Shown piece after piece: positions 47,364 through 58,738 of a stretch of 64,000 bases of DNA (position 1 is its first letter; every line of letters starts with the position of its first letter). The stretch lies in assembly GCA_025594325.1 (NCBI GenBank), contig JANHCV010000001.1:1178001-1242000 (forward strand). The letters are read 5' to 3'. Origin of the DNA: Blastocladiella emersonii ATCC 22665 (taxonomy: Eukaryota > Fungi > Blastocladiomycota). The position numbers and the translations under genes are program-made. The notes under the pieces were generated by a model. It worked only from the letters and a program-made list of their open reading frames with translations. It had not been told where the DNA came from and searched no databases.

Positions 47364-48515
47364 ATGCCCTCTGCTTTCGTCGGTGTCGGTCTCGACTACA
47401 ACAACACCATGCCCGGCTGCGCGGCCGACGCCAACAACATGGCCGACCTGGCCGCCAGCATGGGCATCGACAACATCAACACGTTCACGGACGCGGGCGG
47501 CTCGGCCGTGACGTGCAACGACGTGCTCGGCGCGCTGCGCAACATGGTCAACAACGCGCAGCCCGGCGACAACCTCATCTTCTCCTTCTCGGGCATGGCG
47601 GGCCAGGCGGCCGACGCGACGGGTGCCGAGGCCGACGGCCAGAACGAGTTCCTGCAGCTCAGCGACGGCGCCATCACCGACGACCAGATCCGCGAGATCC
47701 TCGCCGGCCTGCCCGAGGGCGCCAACCTGACCATGGCGTTCGACGCCTCGTCGTCGGGCACCATGGCCGACCTCGACCTGTCGGGCTGCGACATCGCGGG
47801 CAACGTGGTGACGCTGTCGGCGGCGGCCGACGGCGCCGACGCCTTCTCGGGCGACGCCAGCGGCAGCCCCTTCACCAACGCCCTGATCCGCGTCATGCAG
47901 CAGAACGAGGGCATCTCGTTCGCCGACGCGGCCGCGGCGATCGACGCCGAGCTCGGCGTGTCGCCCGACTCGCCCATGACGGTGGCCTCGGCCAACCGGC
48001 CCGAGCTGCTGTTCGAGCCCGCCTTCAACTCGGAGCCGGCGGCGGCCGACGACCACGACGCGGCGCGCGCGGGGCAGCACCCGGGCAACGTGGTGACGCT
48101 CGACCAGAACCAGGACGGCATCGACGACTACATTGCCGTGACGACGGGTCCCGGGCGCGTCGTGGAGCAGGGCATCGACGCGGACCAGGACGGGTACCTC
48201 GAGACCATCACCAACCGCCCCGACATCACGACCAACGTGACGGCGACGGACGCCGACGCGTCGGGCACCTTCGAGCGCCTCGAGATCGTCAACTACGGCG
48301 AGAACACGCTGACGACGACGCTGATTGACGCGGACGAGGACGGCATCATCGACTCGTCGCGCATCGTCGACGCGGCCGGCAACGTGGTCGACGACAACGG
48401 GCTCGTCGGCCAGTCCATGAACGAGGCCCTCGACGCCTTCAACATGAACGCCGTCGCCGACGACCTCCAGACCAAGTTCGACGAGTTCGCCGTGACCGAC
48501 GACGCCTGCTGCTAA
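47364..48515 (+). CDS. Catalytically inactive metacaspase-like protein (peptidase C14 fold) with C-terminal DxDxDG repeats, 383 aa, intronless
   Basis: AFVGVGLDY..MPGCAADANNM, AQPGDNLIFSFSGMAGQ..D..G.EADG.NE, LTMAFDASSSGT and SPFTNALI align with metacaspase motifs, but His>Met78 and Cys>Ser129. Repeats DQNQDG, DADQDG, DADASG, DADEDG. Confidence 0.85.
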   Translation: MPSAFVGVGLDYNNTMPGCAADANNMADLAASMGIDNINTFTDAGGSAVTCNDVLGALRNMVNNAQPGDNLIFSFSGMAGQAADATGAEADGQNEFLQLSDGAITDDQIREILAGLPEGANLTMAFDASSSGTMADLDLSGCDIAGNVVTLSAAADGADAFSGDASGSPFTNALIRVMQQNEGISFADAAAAIDAELGVSPDSPMTVASANRPELLFEPAFNSEPAAADDHDAARAGQHPGNVVTLDQNQDGIDDYIAVTTGPGRVVEQGIDADQDGYLETITNRPDITTNVTATDADASGTFERLEIVNYGENTLTTTLIDADEDGIIDSSRIVDAAGNVVDDNGLVGQSMNEALDAFNMNAVADDLQTKFDEFAVTDDACC

Positions 48516-48822
48516 GCGCGCGGGCGAGGCGCGCGCGAGTCGCCTCGATTTTTGTACATAAATAGCGATGTTGCTTCTTCAAACCCCTGTCTCTCGTCGC
48601 CATGAGCTCGCTCGTGTCTATGAGCTTGGTTGTCCCCATACGCTCGCTCGCCTCCGAGCGGGGCTTCAGGCGGTGCACGCTTCCACAGCGCGACGTGGCG
48701 CCTCAGTTCAGGGCGCCGTCGACGCGCTTCCGCTCTCTCTCCCCCTCACGCCCGCTAAACATCTCATGTAACTTGGCCCGAACCCCCACACGCACGCCTC
48801 GACTCCCAGCAACACCGTCACC

Positions 48823-50118
48823 ATGTCCGAACCCAGCTCGCCCACGACGGCGGCGGCGCTGCTCGCGATCCCGGCCGACGACGCCGACAAGAACCCGCTG
48901 ATCATCGAGTGTCTGTGGGAGGGGTGCACCGAGACCTTCACGGACCTCGAGTACCTGGTATCGCACCTGACGGACGTGCACGTCGGCCCGCTGAAGCGGA
49001 CGGCCGCGCCCGCGCCGACGACCACGCAGACGCAGACGCCCGAGACGACCGTCGCGTCGGCCGTTGCCGCGATCCACTCGGCCGCGGCAGCGTCAGCGGC
49101 CGCGGTGCTGAGCGACAGCTCGCCCTCGGCTGCCGCGGAACCCGCGGACGGCGCCGGGTCGGGCGCCGCGACGCCCGCCGGGATCACGGTGCTCCCGACG
49201 GGCCCCATTGCGTACAAGTGCCACTGGCGGACGTGCGCGCGCAAGGGCGTCGTGCAGCAGTCGCGCTTCTCGCTGCTCGCGCACATGTACGCTCTCGCTT
49301 CGCCCCCATCCCACCTTTACGCTCACCTCCGCTCCCGCACGCGTAGCCGAAGCCACACGGGCGAGCGCCCATACGACTGCCCGATCCCGGAGTGCGACAA
49401 GTCGTTCACGCGGTCCGACGCCATGGCCAAGCACATCAAGCTGCACCACCCGGACCAGGTCCTGGTCGACGGCCGCTGGCAGTGGCTGTCGCCCAAGCTC
49501 GCGCGGGAACTCGGTGCCGCGGCCGCTGCCGCTGCTGCTGCCGCGGCGGCAGCCCCGCCACCGCCGCAGGATGCCGACGAGCGCGAGGAGGAGCCCGCGG
49601 CCGGAACGGGCAAAAGGGGCCGCGACCGCGACAAGCCGACCAAGCGCAAGAAGAAGGGCGCCGCCGCCGCTGCTGCGCCCGCCGAGGACGAGGACGCGGA
49701 CGACCCGATGGACGAGGACGCGCCACCCACTGCATCCGCCCCCGCGAAACGCGACCTCGGGATGGTCGGGTCCGAGAGCATGGCGGACCTGGTCGCGTAC
49801 CTGGGCGAGGTGGGCGGGCTCCCCGCGAGCGGCGCCGACGAGGACGCGTACCTGGCGCGGGTCCCCGAGCTCGCGGGGAAAGTGCGGGTGCTCGAGGGCC
49901 GGCTCGCGCTGGTGACGGCCGAGGTGACACGCAACCGCGACAGCGTCGCGAGCCTCCTCGACGAGTACGCGGCCGAGCTCGCGGCCAAGGACGCGCTGGT
50001 CGCGCAGGTCGCGGCGCAGGAGGCCGGGCTGGCGGACGCGGGCGCGAGCGGTGGCGGGGAGAGCGCCAGGGCGCATCGTCGGTCGGCGTCGGTCGTGTCG
50101 TCTGCGTCGGCGCGGTGA
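48823..50118 (+). CDS. C2H2 zinc-finger protein, Iec1-like (INO80-associated)/GLI-type, probably 2 exons
   Basis: CLWEGC..F.DLEYLVSHLTDVH, CHWRTCARKGVVQQSRFSLLAHM|RSHTGERPYDCPIPECDKSFTRSDAMAKHIKLHH; probable intron about 49287-49346; C-terminal coiled coil. Confidence 0.75.
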   Translation: MSEPSSPTTAAALLAIPADDADKNPLIIECLWEGCTETFTDLEYLVSHLTDVHVGPLKRTAAPAPTTTQTQTPETTVASAVAAIHSAAAASAAAVLSDSSPSAAAEPADGAGSGAATPAGITVLPTGPIAYKCHWRTCARKGVVQQSRFSLLAHMYALASPPSHLYAHLRSRTRSRSHTGERPYDCPIPECDKSFTRSDAMAKHIKLHHPDQVLVDGRWQWLSPKLARELGAAAAAAAAAAAAAPPPPQDADEREEEPAAGTGKRGRDRDKPTKRKKKGAAAAAAPAEDEDADDPMDEDAPPTASAPAKRDLGMVGSESMADLVAYLGEVGGLPASGADEDAYLARVPELAGKVRVLEGRLALVTAEVTRNRDSVASLLDEYAAELAAKDALVAQVAAQEAGLADAGASGGGESARAHRRSASVVSSASAR

Positions 50119-50183
50119 GTGATAGGAAAGTGTATAAACTCGTGAATCGACGACAACATCGCGCCTCGCGCTCGCTCGCTCGC

Positions 50184-53100
50184 TCAGAAAAAGTTGGCCA
50201 GCCACTGGTACACCTTGCTGACGCCGCGGTCGCCGCGCTTCTTGTTGGCGCCGGCCTTGTACGCGCGGTGCGGCGGGAGGGGCCAGTCCGCGTCGCCCTG
50301 CTGCTGCTGATGCTGCGGGTGCTGGGCCGCGCCGGACCCGTTGCCCGTACCCACAGCGGCCGTCGGCGCGGGCCGCCGTCCCGCATTTGGTGCCGGGCTC
50401 CACGCAGCCGACGACGACGTGGGCCACGGCGCCGACGCGCTACGGTACCGGTCGTGCGGGTTGGCGCCGAGCATGCGCGGCGACTGCAGCTGCGCCATGA
50501 CGTCGCTCGACGGGCCCATCATGGCAGCCATGGCGCGCGCGAGGGTTTCGACGGGGTTGGGTGTCGCGGACGCGGGAACGCCGATCCCAGCGCCGCCGCC
50601 GTTACTCGCGCCGGTCCCGGACATGGCGGCAGCGACGGCCGCAGCAGCCGCGACCACGGCGTTCGCGCCCGTCGCGTTGGCGACGCCGGCGCCAGTCGCA
50701 AAAGGCAGCGGGATGGGTTTCGGCGATGCGCCGAGCGTGTAGATGAGAAACGCGTACTCCTGGGCGAGATCCTCGAGGTACGAGTACTGTCCGCTGCTGC
50801 CGCAGTGTCCGACGTCGTCGACGCGGAGGAGGAGGAGGCGGTCGTCCTCGGGCGGTTTGGACGCGCGGAGCTTGGCGACGTACTTGACGGGCTCGAAGAA
50901 GGAGACGCGCGGGTCGTTCATGCCGCCGACGACCATCATGTGCGGGTACGGTGTGTCGTTGCGGACGTTGGTGTACGGGCAGTAGGCGCGCATCACGTCG
51001 TAGATGGCGCGGTCGTTCGGGTCGCCCCACTCCTCGTACTCGAACGTGGTCCACGGGATCGACGTGTCGAACATCGTGTTAATCACGTCGACGAAGGGCA
51101 CCTCGGTCAGCGCGGCGCGGACCAGGTGCGGGACCGCGTTGACGACGGCGCCGATCAGCAGGCCGCCGGCGGACCGCCCGTAGATGGCGAGCAGGTCGGG
51201 CGTCGTGTACCCCTCGGCGAGGAGGAACGAGATGCACGAGATAAAGTCCTTGAAGGTGTTGGGCTTCTTGTCGTTCTTGCCGTCCTCGTACCACGCGTTG
51301 CCGAGGTCGGCGCCGCCGCGGACGTGCGCGATGGCGAAGATGAACCCGCGGTCGAGCAGCGAGAGCCGCTGGGTCGAGAAGATGGGGTTGACGCAGCTGC
51401 CGTAGGCGCCGTACGCGTGCAGGAGGAGCGGGTTGGGCACGCGGCGGCCCGTGGCCGGGTTGACGGTGACGAGGTCGCGGCGGAACACGAGCGAGAGCGG
51501 GATCGCGGTGCCGTCCTCGCCGATCGGGAACAGCCGCACGCTCGCGTACAGGTCGGGCGAGTAGGGCGTGGGCCCGCACACGCGCTCCTCGTGGACGATC
51601 GTAAACGTGCGCGCGTCCATGTCGTAGTCGACGACCTGCTTGGGCTGCACGAAGCTCGTGTACGTGTAGCGCAGGGTGGCGGTCGGGAATAGGACCTGCT
51701 TGGACAGGTCGGCCACCTCCTCGCTGACGGTCATGGGCCACAGCGAGTAGACGGGGTCCGAGAAGGAGATGTAGTGGAAGGTCTGGAGCGACTCGTCGGC
51801 GAGGTCGATGACGCGCACGTTCTGGAGGCAGTTGGACCGCTCGAAGACGACCAGGTGCCGCGCGCGCACCGTGCAGTCCTCGATGAGCACAAAGTCGCGC
51901 GCCGCGATCACCGTGTCGCGGCCGTCGAGCGGGATCGTCGACCGCGACGCGAGGTGCGGCAGGCGGCCCGCGTCGGCGGCCTCGGTTGGCACCGCGGCCG
52001 TCTTGTCGACGCGGAACAGCCAGTTGTTGCGGTGGGTGCCCTCGTTGGTCAGCACGTACAGGTGGTCGCCGCGCGATTTCACCGTGTACTGGACGCCCTC
52101 GGTGCGCGGGAACACGACGCGCGGCCACGCGAGCCCGCGGCCGGCGGGGCCGGGCGAGGTCGGCGACACGGCGTGCACCTCGTCGAGGTCAATGTACCGC
52201 GTCTCGGAGGTGACCTGGGCGCCGCTGTTGACAAAGACGTAGCGGCCGTCGCCCGACTTGGTCATGGTGAGGTAGAAAGAGTCGTCTGTGTCCTCCCACA
52301 GGACCACGTCGCGGACCGGGTCTTGGTCGGCCATGGCGTGGCGCATGACGCGGTAGGCGCGGTCGTTGGCGTCGAGGGCGAGGTAGTAGGCGTGGTCGCC
52401 GTCGGCGGAAAACTCCCAGTCCTCCCAGCACCCGGGGATGCGTTTGGGCTGGACCGTGTGCGTTTGCAGGTCGAGGATCAGGAACGTGTACCGCTCGTCG
52501 CCGCGCGAGTCGATGCCAAAGGCGACCCACCGGCCGCACGGCGAGTGGCGGAGGCAGCCGAGGCGGAAGAAGGTGGCGTCGGCAAACTCGGGCAGGTCGG
52601 CGATCACGTTCTCGTCGAGGTAGACTTCGACCTCGAGCTCGTCGGCGCCGGCGGCGGCGTTGGCGGCGGTGGTCGAGATGGACGGCGGGAGCGTCGCCGT
52701 CGCGTCTGCATCGGCTCCTGCTTCGGGTGCCGTCGCGGCGGCCTCGGGGGCGGGCACCGTGCGGCGCGGGCGCTCGCGGACGTGCTGGCGGTACTCTTGG
52801 CCAGCGACCTTGCGTGCGTAGTAGGTCCACCCGTCGCTGAGGGTGACGCGGGCCGTGGCCTCGTCCTCGTCGGTGCGGGCGACAAACTCGCGGTAGAGGT
52901 GGCGCTGCAGGGTGGCGGTGGGTTTCAGGGACGCGGTGGTGTAGGCGTTCTCGGCGGCAATGTAGGCGAGGACGTCGGGGTCGTCGCGGTCGTGCAGCCA
53001 GGCGTAGTCGTCGTGCCACTCGTCGCCGTGCACGTTGGTCCACGCCTTGCGGCGGGCGGGCGCGTGCGGCGGCGGGGTCGGGCAGGCCGCGGCCGAGGGC

Positions 53101-53607
53101 GGGTCGAGATGCAGCGCGGCCTGGCCGTAGACGTGCTTCCTGTTGTTTGACGGGTTAGTGGGCGGGTCGAGCGACGAGTGAGAGTAAAGAAAAGTACTCG
53201 ATGGTGACGAGCAGCGGGGCCAGCGCGCGCCAGACGTGCAGGTAGGCCTCGGGGAAGAAGCGGACGTAGTGGGTGAGGAGGTCGGCGAGCGACGGGAAGC
53301 GAGCGATCAGGTCGTCGGCGTTGGCGGGCGCGGGCAGCGTGTCGATGGGCGACGGCAGGGCGTCGGACCCGGCGGTGCCCGTGGCGGCGAACGCGGCGGG
53401 GGCGAACAGCGACGAGGCGGACCCGAGCGAGTGGGTGCGCGACCCGTCGAGGCCGAGCGACAGCATGTGGTTGATGAGGACGCGCAGGTCGCGCGCCGGC
53501 GCCGGCTGCGCGGCCGGCTCCTCGCCACCGCTGGCGAGCGTCGCCGACTCGGCGCCGGTGAGCCCCGGCGGGTCGCCGAGGGCGACGTGATTGCTCGAAG
53601 TGCTCAT
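50184..53607 (-). CDS. Oligopeptidase B / protease II (S9A prolyl-oligopeptidase family), 2 exons
   Basis: HGDEWHDDYAWL, beta-propeller, LLHAYGAYG, HVRGGADLGNAWYEDGK, GRSAGG (Ser), NDPRV (Asp), DVGHCG (His), EEWGDP. Intron 53140-53197 joins an upstream exon starting MSTSSNH (53607). Confidence 0.9.
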
Positions 53608-53836
53608 GGGTGCGGCGGCGGCCGATGCATGGGGATGTACCAAGAGGAGGGAGGCGAAGCGCGCAGCCAAAGTGGCGCAACGCGACGCACGCCGCGCAGC
53701 CGTCAGCCGCCGCGCACGTGAGCGCTCCCACTTGCGTTCTGGAGCCAGGGCCTTTCTGCAGGTTTTCACGCCGCGTCCGCGGTTTCCTCTTCCTCTCTCC
53801 ACCGTCGCCCTCACGGAACGCATCACCACCACCGCC

Positions 53837-54463
53837 ATGTATCGACCCGACCCCGCACGCAGCAAACCGCCGCGCGCGTCGGCCGTCGCCACCTTCACGC
53901 GCCGCACGCTGCGCCTGGCCGCGTCGTCGGCGCTCGCCGCCACGGTCCTGTGCGCCGTCGCCAACGTCGTGTGGGCCTCGTACCTGATCAAGGCCCTCCA
54001 CGACGCCCACGCCCTCGTCGCCCGCGCACGCACGCGTGTCCGCACCTCGCGCTCGCGCGTCCGCAACTGGGCCGCCGCCACGCGCGCCTGGGTCATCGCC
54101 ATGCTGCAGGCCGTGCTGCTGCCGCTCGCCATGGTCGTGGCACCCGACGCGGCGCGCCGCGCGGCTGAGCGACGCGGGCGGTACGCGGCGGGGTCGCGCG
54201 ATCGCGCGGGCGTCGGCGGGACCGGCACCGGTGCGAGCAAGTCACCAACATCGTCGCCCAAGTCCGGGTTCGCATCGGGATCGGGCTCGGCCAGTCCACC
54301 GCTCGGTCGCAGCAGTCGCCGCCCGTCGCCGCTCTTCACCGCCAAGCACGCACCACGGGGAAGCACCGTCGACTCGGGCCGCACCTCGCCCGTCGACTCG
54401 GCCTTTTCCGGCGGGCCGCCAAGTCCGGCGCGCGGCGGGGCTGACCCCCTGTTCGGCTTCTGA
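53837..54463 (+). CDS. Hypothetical small membrane protein, divergent from oligopeptidase B
   Basis: accgccATG context, GC3-biased 5' half, two hydrophobic stretches (LAASSALAATVLCAVANVVWASYLI; WVIAMLQAVLLPLAMVVA), Ser/Pro-rich tail. Confidence 0.5.
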   Translation: MYRPDPARSKPPRASAVATFTRRTLRLAASSALAATVLCAVANVVWASYLIKALHDAHALVARARTRVRTSRSRVRNWAAATRAWVIAMLQAVLLPLAMVVAPDAARRAAERRGRYAAGSRDRAGVGGTGTGASKSPTSSPKSGFASGSGSASPPLGRSSRRPSPLFTAKHAPRGSTVDSGRTSPVDSAFSGGPPSPARGGADPLFGF

Positions 54464-54540
54464 TCGCGTCGTCCGCGTCCCTGTCGCCCCCCGCTCTGGC
54501 TGGTCCACGGGTGTGTGGGTGGGCAAACTCGGGCGAGCGA

Positions 54541-54638
54541 GCGTGCGTGCGTGCGTGCGTGCGTGTGTGTGCATATTAGAACTTATATCCGACTCCATTC
54601 TTATCATCAGCTGCGCAATCAATCAGTCAGTCAGTCAG
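54541..54638. repeat. Microsatellites (GCGT)6/(GT)n and (AATC)2(AGTC)4
   Basis: Read directly between the convergent 3' ends of the small ORF and ISN1. Confidence 0.85.
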
Positions 54639-54680
54639 TGGGGGTGGACGCCCGCTCGGCTCCGTGCGACGCGAGCTCGC

Positions 54681-56475
54681 TCACGCCAGCGTGCGGCCCG
54701 CCTTCTTCATCTCGGCCAGCAGCTCGACCAGCGCGTCGGCCGTCTCGGCCGGGCTCGTGATCCACAGCGTCGGGCACCCGCGCCGCGCCGCGTGGTCGTT
54801 GCCCGTCGACAGGAACTGGTCGCCGACATGCAGCGTCTCGGCCTGCTTGGCCCCAATGTACTCGTTGAGGATCCGCACCCCGATCAGCTTGTTCCCGATA
54901 TCGACCCACACGTCGTTGCCGCCGTTGAAGGCGCAGTACGGCAGCGGCGCCGTGTCGCGCGGATGCGACCGCTGGTACTGCGACAGCCCGTGCTGCAGCG
55001 CGAGCACGCACTCGTCGAGCTGCTCGCGCGACAGCTTCTGCCCCGCCGTCGCCGCCACGATCCCGACCGCGCGGTCCTTGCGGATCACCTTGGCCGCGAG
55101 ACGCATCTGCTCCTGCGACGTGCGCAGGATCCGCTCCGCCACGTCCAGCAGACCCGTCACCGCCTCCTGCGTGTACACGGGCTCGAGCTCCTTGAGCGCC
55201 GACGGCGCCGCCGAGGCGGTCGACGCCAGGTTCACGGCGTTGCCGAGGTTGGCCTCGCTTGCCTGCCGCGTCAGCGTGAAGTGGAAGTACGACTCGGGCA
55301 GGAACGGCAGCGTGATGCGCTCCAGGTGGTAGTCGGCGCGGCAACGGAAGAGGTAGTTGCACTCGCTACACGGAGGGCAGCGTTCGTGAGTATAGGGCTC
55401 GCCCTGTCGCACATTCGCGAGTCAAGCGTACCCGCCCATAACCCAGAACTTGGTCACGGCCTCGGCCGACAGCTTGTGGTTGGCGAACCCCTTGAGCAGC
55501 CCGCTCAGGCGGTGCTCGTACCGCTCCGCCTCCGTGTACCCCGCCGCCGTCACTACACCGCCGCGGAGTGTTAGCGCTTGGCACCGCTAGACGTGTCGGC
55601 AAGCCAAGGAGCGTACCGATGGCGACGTTGAGGTCCGAGTACTGGATCAGGTCGACCAGCAGCTTGACCAGGCGCGAGTCCTCCTCAAAGTTGGCGCCGT
55701 CGTCGTCTACAAACCTCCGAGGGTTAGTGCCGATACTCAGTCGTATCCACGATCGCTCACAACGTACACAGCGTCATATCACCATCGCTACACGTCGAGA
55801 AAGCTGTCCAGTCAGTCGAGAACCCCACCACCAAGTCAACCCGAGCAAACGTACAAGGTGATGAGCTTGAGGTCAGGCGCGAGCGCCATGATCTGCGCCG
55901 TGTTGAGAATCCCGCGGATCTCGTTGAACGACGGCGGCACGTGGCGGCGAGCCGACAGCGCGAGCCGCTCGTCGTGCGCCGCGAACGCGTCGCGCAGCGG
56001 CAGCGGCGTGAAGAACTTGCCGAGCGTCGGTACCAGCATCTGCAGGCGCGACTCGGGGCGGCCTAAAGGTGTGGGAGAGGTGAGTGAGGGCCAAGGGGTA
56101 GGGTTGGCGTCGCGAACCGCCGGCGAGCCGTACGCTTGTCCTGCTCGAGCATGTGCTCGCGGATGAGCTTCTCGATCGAGCCGAAGATGTCCAGGTAGTG
56201 CTGCTGCATCGCCGACGTCATCTGCACGCCGTTGGCCGCCGCATCGGCCGAGTTCGCGCCCACCTCAGCCAGCGTCAACGGGCGGGCATGCAGCGCGAAG
56301 GGGCTCAGCAGCTGATTCTTAATGCATTCGATCATAGCGTCGCGCTCGCCGATGCGGAAACCGCATGTTAGTTGAATCGTGGTCGTGGTGGTGATAGTCG
56401 GCAACGCGAGGTGCAAGGTACCTTGTGGCTGCGGAGCGCGTAGTTGATGCGGTACTTGGAAAAGTGGTCGGACAT
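54681..56475 (-). CDS. ISN1: IMP-specific 5'-nucleotidase, multi-exon
   Basis: MSDHFSKYRINYALRSHK|RDAMIECIKNQLLSPFALHA; LVPTLGKFFTPLPLRDAF..D..LALSARRHVPPSFNEIRGILNTAQ; LKLITF|DGD.TLY; PYCAFNGGNDVWVDIGNKLIG; LHVGDQFLSTGNDHAAR. Confidence 0.93.
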
Positions 56476-57044
56476 GGTGCTGTGTGCAAGTGCTACGAGT
56501 TGCAAAGAGTGCAAGAAGTTGTACGTGAGGGCTTTGATAAGCGGAGAGGGAGCGTGAGAGCGCGCGCGAGACAGCTGCAAGGGACCGATCGGTCAAGCCA
56601 CCGCCTGAGCCACACGACATGAGAGTCACGAAAGAACAATAAACGCCGATGTCCTTTCTGCTGTGGGTGCCCGATCCTCGGCATTGACGCGCACCTGGCG
56701 ACGATGGACCGGTACTCGTCGTCCAAGCTCAACCACTGCCGCGACTGCGTGGTCGCGTACGAGCGCTCGCGGCAGGCCAAGCTCGTCCCGCTGCGCGAGC
56801 TGCTCCCCGCCCACATCGAGCGCCAGGTGAGGTGGCACCCGACGAACGCATGAGCGAGGGACGCGTCGCGACTTCTACACAGACGCAGCAACGCGTTCCT
56901 CTAATGCACCAGTGATCGGTTTACTCGAGATCGTGACGCACGGCGTCGAACTTCCACGCCAACGCGAGGAACGGTCTGTCTCGCGAGTATCTCGCACCTC
57001 ACGTGATAGTTCGACGCGTCGCTCATCTCGAGGGGACAATCCAC

Positions 57045-58493
57045 CTATATTCGAGGCGTCAACACCGCCTCCTCGGACCGAGCGACGCCCGGCCGCGGGA
57101 CGCCCGAGAACCCGATCGTCGTGCGCCGCCGCTCCCACGACCCGTCGTCGATGTCGGTCGCGGCCAAGCGCTCGCCCGTTAACATGGTCTCACGGCGCTT
57201 GCCGCTGCCGAGATCGGCGCCCTCGCTCCCCGTCTTCTTGAGCGTGAGCCCGAGCTGCAGCGTGCCGTTGACGTCGCGGCGCCCGATCGTCGGCGGCGCC
57301 CACTCGGTCGCGAGCGTTCCCGCGTCGGCGTTGGGCAGCTGCCGCCGCAGCTTCATGATGCGCTTGAGCTCGCGCATCGACAGGAAGAAGTTGGCCGTGA
57401 TGACGCGCGCAAAGGTCCAGCCGATGGCGTTGAGCAATACCACCGTCAGCTGGTCGGTTCCGAGCGACAGGATCGCCGTGATGATGACCAGGACCACGGT
57501 CGTGACCGTGTAGATCCACAGCCGCCGGATCGCGATGCGGTACCGGTCGGCCGGCGACGGCGCCGAAGTCGAGTGCGGTCGGTGGCCCGGGAGACGCGAC
57601 TTGAGCGAGGTGAAGGACGACGTCGCGCGCGCGGGTGAGGTTGGCGTGGACAGCATCGCGGCGGACCCGTTGGCCGCGGCCGAGGTCCCCGAATGCGTGG
57701 CGCCCGACTGCGCGGCGCCCGATGGGCCGTGGATCGAGACGGCGGACGCTGTAGCGTTGCTGGCCGTCACGTACGAGTCGGTGGTCGTTTCCTGCAGGCT
57801 CGGCGACTCGACGGGCAGGAGCGTCTTGCGGCGTTTAAACAGTTCGCGCATGTTCATGCTCGCGAGCTGGCCGCGCTTGCGGCCGGGCCCGCCGATCGAC
57901 CCGCCACCCGCCATGGCGAGCAGGACCACAATGTACCCGACGGCCCACAGCGCGACGGCCGAGACGAGGAAAAAGTAGGTAATGGTGACCGTGTTGATGA
58001 TGAGGGCCTCGGCGGCGAGGATCTCGAACCCAAAGTGGATGAGCGCCGTCTGCCACGACGTGGCGACGACCTGGGCGAGCGTCGCGAGCCCCGTGAGGTA
58101 CAGGACAAACTTGCGGAACCGCTTCATGGCCGGGCGCGAGTGGTTGAACTGGCCGGCCATGGCGAGGATCGCGGCCGGGTACACGGGAATCCCGGCCGTC
58201 TCGAGCAGCACGCCCACGTTCTTGGTCAGCGAGATGGGGCAGCTGCCGAGATCGTTGCCCGAGTGGTTGGACGGCACGCCGTTGCATTGCTCGGTGGTGA
58301 TGGCGAGGCAGGCGTAGGTGGTGTGGACGAGCTGGGCCGACGTGAAGATGATCCAGACGAAGACGTTGACCCGCGTCTTGGAGTCGGGCCGCCTCGCGAG
58401 CTGCTTCGCAAAGTCGCTGAGGAAGTAGATGCAGACCGGGATCCCGGCCACGAAGATGACGAGCGAGACCCACGCGCTAGCAAGCGGGTCCAT
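57045..58493 (-). CDS. Orphan 7-TM GPCR-like protein, paralog B (482 aa, intronless)
   Basis: Seven hydrophobic segments, long TM5-TM6 loop, ETAGIPVYP, IGWTFARVI, LPNADAGTLATEW; two Cys in the first extracellular loop. Confidence 0.75.
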   Translation of the reverse strand: MDPLASAWVSLVIFVAGIPVCIYFLSDFAKQLARRPDSKTRVNVFVWIIFTSAQLVHTTYACLAITTEQCNGVPSNHSGNDLGSCPISLTKNVGVLLETAGIPVYPAAILAMAGQFNHSRPAMKRFRKFVLYLTGLATLAQVVATSWQTALIHFGFEILAAEALIINTVTITYFFLVSAVALWAVGYIVVLLAMAGGGSIGGPGRKRGQLASMNMRELFKRRKTLLPVESPSLQETTTDSYVTASNATASAVSIHGPSGAAQSGATHSGTSAAANGSAAMLSTPTSPARATSSFTSLKSRLPGHRPHSTSAPSPADRYRIAIRRLWIYTVTTVVLVIITAILSLGTDQLTVVLLNAIGWTFARVITANFFLSMRELKRIMKLRRQLPNADAGTLATEWAPPTIGRRDVNGTLQLGLTLKKTGSEGADLGSGKRRETMLTGERLAATDIDDGSWERRRTTIGFSGVPRPGVARSEEAVLTPRI

Positions 58494-58738
58494 GGTTTCA
58501 TGTTTTGCGCAGATCTGCGACTGACGATCTCATTGTGTTCGAGCGCAAGGAGGGAGCGAGAGCAGCCGAATCGCCGGGGCACTCTGGCCCCGATCCAGAA
58601 CGGAGATATCGCATCACGTGATTGTTCGACGCGTCGAGCATCGCGTCTCCCGCGTGTCTCGCATCTCCCGCATACCGTGCATCGCCACCGCCACCGCAAC
58701 CACACCACCGCAACTTAATTTGGTATTTACCCATGTAT

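Noticed and set aside
8923-58662. Recurring GCGAGAC/GTCTCGC heptamer in intergenic regions (e.g. 8923, 9690, 21632, 37985, 38029, 46823, 56566, 56978, 58656)
   Set aside because: At this GC content several copies are expected by chance. Enrichment cannot be shown without a genome-wide test.
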